This document shows, in pieces, positions 61,117 through 64,000 of a DNA stretch of 64,000 nt (positions within the stretch are counted from its first letter, which is position 1; every line of letters begins with the position of its first letter). The position numbers and the translations under genes were made by a program. The notes below the pieces were generated by a model. That model searched no databases. It was not told where the DNA came from and saw only the letters and a list, made by a program, of their open reading frames with translations. The DNA comes from an uncultured Melioribacter sp. (GTDB lineage: Bacteria > Bacteroidota > Ignavibacteria > Kapaibacteriales > Kapaibacteriaceae): positions 24,697 through 88,696 of the forward strand of contig CAYXKK010000004.1 in the NCBI GenBank assembly GCA_964465685.1. The letters are read 5' to 3'.

Positions 61117-61722
61117 TCACTTCCACGATTGCTCTCCAACCGTAACCGCTACGGGAAGGTTGTTTTCGCGTGGAACACGCGGACATGAGAACGCGTCGTT
61201 GTATGCGCAGAACGGATTGTACGCGCGATTGAAATCGATCACATACACCGAGTCGCCGGTCTTCTCGATATCGAGATACCGTCCACCACGATACGTCGAC
61301 TCGCCAGTCGTGCGGTCTGTAAACGGCACGAAGTACGAATCTGTCGGTCCGCCAAGGAATTGAAACGCTGTAAGCGTGCACTCGATGGTTCCATACGTAA
61401 ACACGAAGCGTCCAGCACGCAGTGCCGGACGAAGCTCCGATGTGGTTGTCGTCATTGTCAGCGTATCGGCTGTTGCATTCGGAACAAACACTGCATCGAC
61501 CACGCCTTCCTCCGAGGGGACGAAGTACTTCAGCCCCTTGAACGTATCGCGCATGTGCTCAGGGATCGGACTCTCGGCAGTGGTGCGAAACGCTTCGTCC
61601 TTTTCACGTCGCATGTCGAGTAATTCCTGCTCGTCGAATGTCGACGAATCCATGCCGGTGTCTTCTTCACAACCTGCGAGGAGCACGCAGCAAACCAGCA
61701 CAGCGAGTACGCGTGTGATCAT
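61117..61722 (-). CDS. DUF1684-family lipoprotein
   Basis: ...YRGGRYLDIEKTGDSVYVIDFNRAYNPFCAYNDAFSCPRVPRENNLPVAVTVGE matches the DUF1684 C-terminal core. Lipobox LLAGC. ATGA overlap with the dcd stop. Confidence 0.7.
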   Translation of the reverse strand: MITRVLAVLVCCVLLAGCEEDTGMDSSTFDEQELLDMRREKDEAFRTTAESPIPEHMRDTFKGLKYFVPSEEGVVDAVFVPNATADTLTMTTTTSELRPALRAGRFVFTYGTIECTLTAFQFLGGPTDSYFVPFTDRTTGESTYRGGRYLDIEKTGDSVYVIDFNRAYNPFCAYNDAFSCPRVPRENNLPVAVTVGEQSWK

Positions 61723-62273
61723 GGCTTCTGCTCGTCTGCCGGGAAGTTCTTCCACATCATTGATTCAACGGGTGCGTTGACGCGCGCGTTGTACTTAGCT
61801 GAGCTCTTCGCGTTATACGGATTAATCACAGTGCCTTCGACGGCGAAGTAAATCAACTGTCCGATAGGCATACCCGCATACACACGCACTGGCTGCTTTA
61901 CGCTGATTTCGAGCGTCCAGAAATTGCAGAAGCCGATATCACCCTTACCCGCAGTGGCGTGAATGTCAATGCCCAAGCGACCTACGCTCGACTTGCCCTC
62001 GAGAAACGGCACGTGTGCGTGCGTTTCGGTGTACTCTTCGGTTACGCCCAGATAGAACTTCTCTGGCACCAACACGATGCCCTCATCCGGGATCGGATAC
62101 AGCTCGATCTTGTTGTGACGCTTTGCGTCGAGCTCGCGATCAACGTACTCGGCCAACATCCGGCCCAGGTGCACATCGTACGAGTTGGAACCAAGACATG
62201 AGCGGTCATACGGCTCGATCTTGATCGTGCCACGCTCCATGTGGGCAAGGATTTCTGCGTCTGTGAGAATCAT
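61719..62273 (-). CDS. dcd: dCTP deaminase
   Basis: dUTPase-like fold with VDLRLG-like HLGRML..., GKSS(V)GRLG and EISV motifs. Confidence 0.93.
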   Translation of the reverse strand: MILTDAEILAHMERGTIKIEPYDRSCLGSNSYDVHLGRMLAEYVDRELDAKRHNKIELYPIPDEGIVLVPEKFYLGVTEEYTETHAHVPFLEGKSSVGRLGIDIHATAGKGDIGFCNFWTLEISVKQPVRVYAGMPIGQLIYFAVEGTVINPYNAKSSAKYNARVNAPVESMMWKNFPADEQKP

Positions 62274-62304
62274 GGACGAAGTTACGAAGAGAGCGGCGAA
62301 TCAG

Positions 62305-62412
62305 ACGGTAGGGTCGACCCTGTGTGGTCGACCCTACCGTAAAACCGTTTCAATTGTGTTGCGTCGACCCTATGTGGTCGACCCAAAACCCGACGACCAC
62401 ATAGGGTCGCCG
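62305..62412. repeat. Cluster of GGGTCGACCCT-containing palindromic repeats (REP-like), with three direct units and one inverted unit able to form a 16-bp perfect hairpin
   Basis: GGTAGGGTCGACC-ctgtgt-GGTCGACCCTACC. CGACCCTATGTGGTCG-acccaaaacccga-CGACCACATAGGGTCG. The same unit is present at 22115..22137. Confidence 0.7.
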
Positions 62413-62416
62413 CTAC

Positions 62417-63151
62417 CTAGTATCTCCCGTTCCTCACGCCCCATACATGCAGCCTGTGCTGGATGCTGGTCCAGAGGACGCCGAACCCGTAGATGGTGCT
62501 GCGGCGGAAGTTGATCGACGAGGCATCGTCGAAGTACTTTGTCGGACAGGTGACTTCGGCGATTTCGAAGTCCTTCATGATGATCTGCGAGAGCATCTGA
62601 TTGTCGAAGACGAAGTCGTCGGAGTTCTTCTCGATGTCGATGGCTTCCAGCACAGTGCGGGAGAAGGCGCGGTAGCCTGTGTGATACTCCGACAGTTTCT
62701 GTCCGACCAAGAGGTTCTGGATGAAGGTGAGTCCGCGATTGGCGATGTACTTATAGAGCGGCATGCCACCACGACGAGCCCCTTTACCAAGAATGCGGCT
62801 ACCGAGGACAACGTGGTACACATCGTTGGCGATCAAGTACGCCATCGACGGAATGAGCTTCGGTGTGTACTGGTAATCTGGGTGAAGCATGATCACGATA
62901 TCGGCACCGAGGTCGAGTGCTGCGCGGTAGCATGTCTTCTGGTTGCCACCATAGCCGCGATTGCGATCGTGACGGATCACGTGCTTGATTCCGAGCTCAC
63001 GTCCGACGGCAGATGTGTCGTCGCGCGAATGATCGTCGACGAGAACAACATCATCGACGATGTCGAAAGGGATCTCGCGATAGGTCATTTCAAGGGTCTT
63101 TGCAGCATTGTACGCTGGAAGCACCACGACGATGGTTTTGCCGTTGATCAT
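62417..63151 (-). CDS. Family 2 glycosyltransferase (polyprenol-phosphate mannose/glucose synthase-like)
   Basis: VVVLPAYNAAKTL and VLVDDHSRDDT (DxD-type) motifs, plus the catalytic region of GT2 Dpm1-like enzymes. Confidence 0.85.
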   Translation of the reverse strand: MINGKTIVVVLPAYNAAKTLEMTYREIPFDIVDDVVLVDDHSRDDTSAVGRELGIKHVIRHDRNRGYGGNQKTCYRAALDLGADIVIMLHPDYQYTPKLIPSMAYLIANDVYHVVLGSRILGKGARRGGMPLYKYIANRGLTFIQNLLVGQKLSEYHTGYRAFSRTVLEAIDIEKNSDDFVFDNQMLSQIIMKDFEIAEVTCPTKYFDDASSINFRRSTIYGFGVLWTSIQHRLHVWGVRNGRY

Positions 63152-63858
63152 TCGATCTCGAAGATAACGTTCACAGAGGCTGAAAAGTCGAGTGTGCCAC
63201 CGCTAAGAGGTGTGCTATCTGCATCTTCAGCCACCGAAACGCGGGATCCGCGCACTGTGAAAGCGCTTCCAGAATCAAAGCCACTACTCCTGCTGCCGAT
63301 CGAGATCGGACGCAGAACCTTTGCGCCAAGCGCACCCGCAAGAGCGTCGGCGCGTGTGCGTGCATTACGTGCAGCCTGGATCTGCAATGAGTCGCGAAGC
63401 TTTTCGCTATCTGATCGCAGGAACGTGAGCTGATCCAGCTTGTTGCCACCACTTGCTACTGCCTCATTGATCACCGTTTCGACATTGTCGAGCTTGGTGA
63501 GCGTGATCGTGACAACATTCTGCATCTGGTACTTCACCAGGTTGCGCTTGCCCGTTATGTACTCGTAAACCGGGGAGATCTGTAGCTGCGTTGTTGCGAT
63601 TTCCTTCTTCGCGATGCCGATGCGTTGAAGCGCATCGAAGATCGCGCGTACGCGACGATCGTTGTCGGCCTTGATCTTTGTGATGTCCATGCCTTCAGTC
63701 ACCACGCCGATGCGAATCTCTGCCTTGTCGGGTTGCACAGACATCTGCGCTTCACCGGTAACGGTGATGGTGCGACGTTGATCAGTGTGTGGTGTCTGTG
63801 CCTGCACGAAAGATGCGGAACAGAGGATAAGCAGAGCTGCAATGACGTGGTGCATCAT
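63148..63858 (-). CDS. SIMPL/DUF541 (26-kDa periplasmic immunogenic protein-like) secreted protein
   Basis: Signal peptide MMHHVIAALLILCSASFVQA. The core starting TITVTGEAQMSVQPDKAEIRIGV... is typical of SIMPL. Start chosen so that it overlaps the upstream stop as ATGA. Confidence 0.75.
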   Translation of the reverse strand: MMHHVIAALLILCSASFVQAQTPHTDQRRTITVTGEAQMSVQPDKAEIRIGVVTEGMDITKIKADNDRRVRAIFDALQRIGIAKKEIATTQLQISPVYEYITGKRNLVKYQMQNVVTITLTKLDNVETVINEAVASGGNKLDQLTFLRSDSEKLRDSLQIQAARNARTRADALAGALGAKVLRPISIGSRSSGFDSGSAFTVRGSRVSVAEDADSTPLSGGTLDFSASVNVIFEIE

Positions 63859-64000
63859 GCGATGATCTCCGAGAGTGATGTCCATTCTTCCATCAATGCG
63901 TCAAGCAGACGCTTGGCGGTCTCGTAGTTCGTGACCGTCTTGTGCTGCTTGACCGGATCCTTGTACAGTTCCGGGTCGGCCAAGATAGGCTCTAAGCCGG
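63855..64000 (-). CDS. C-terminal ~48 aa of a gene extending beyond the window end; coiled-coil tail ...PILADPELYKDPVKQHKTVTNYETAKRLLDALMEEWTSLSEIIA
   Basis: Own translation of the minus strand. Resembles the C-terminal helical extension of ABC-F/Uup-type ATPases, but too short to assign. Confidence 0.35.
   Translation of the reverse strand, partial: GLEPILADPELYKDPVKQHKTVTNYETAKRLLDALMEEWTSLSEIIA

Overview
High-GC (~60%) bacterial chromosomal window, probably from a member of the Fibrobacteres-Chlorobi-Bacteroidetes (FCB) group such as Bacteroidota or Rhodothermota. This is suggested by two or more proteins carrying type IX secretion (T9SS) C-terminal sorting domains, an Omp85-fused patatin and BNR/RCC1 secreted propellers. 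Gene density is high, with many 1-4 nt stop/start overlaps. The backbone is housekeeping: gatA (partial)-tat, purQ/purS, pssA-psd, dnaN-recF-DUF721-gyrB, metK-ahcY, mltD, aconitase, ABC-F, desaturase, two FKBPs, ssb, a sigma54 activator, iscS/nifS, moxR, der, dcd. There is also a Crp/Fnr-linked persulfide dioxygenase-rhodanese-thioredoxin-TauE sulfur cluster. Accessory and atypical content includes: (i) a ~4.1 kb lower-GC insertion bounded by 126-bp direct repeats that duplicate the moxR 3-prime end. It carries a T9SS RCC1 propeller gene and an 814-aa Cys-rich repeat protein whose upstream region has a 12-nt poly-G tract. (ii) A ~1 kb lower-GC DUF2335 two-gene cassette flanked by duplicated copies of the aconitase terminator region. 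(iii) A family of GGGTCGACCCT palindromic repeats at two loci. (iv) An eRF1/Pelota-like (baeRF-type) protein next to a PSCyt-like dihaem lipoprotein. (v) A vapBC pair. (vi) A HIT-TM-rhodanese fusion, a C-terminal J-domain protein and a patatin-Omp85 (type Vd-like) gene in one long operon. (vii) An orphan Arg-rich 507-aa protein in a low-GC patch. No rRNA, tRNA or CRISPR array was recognised.
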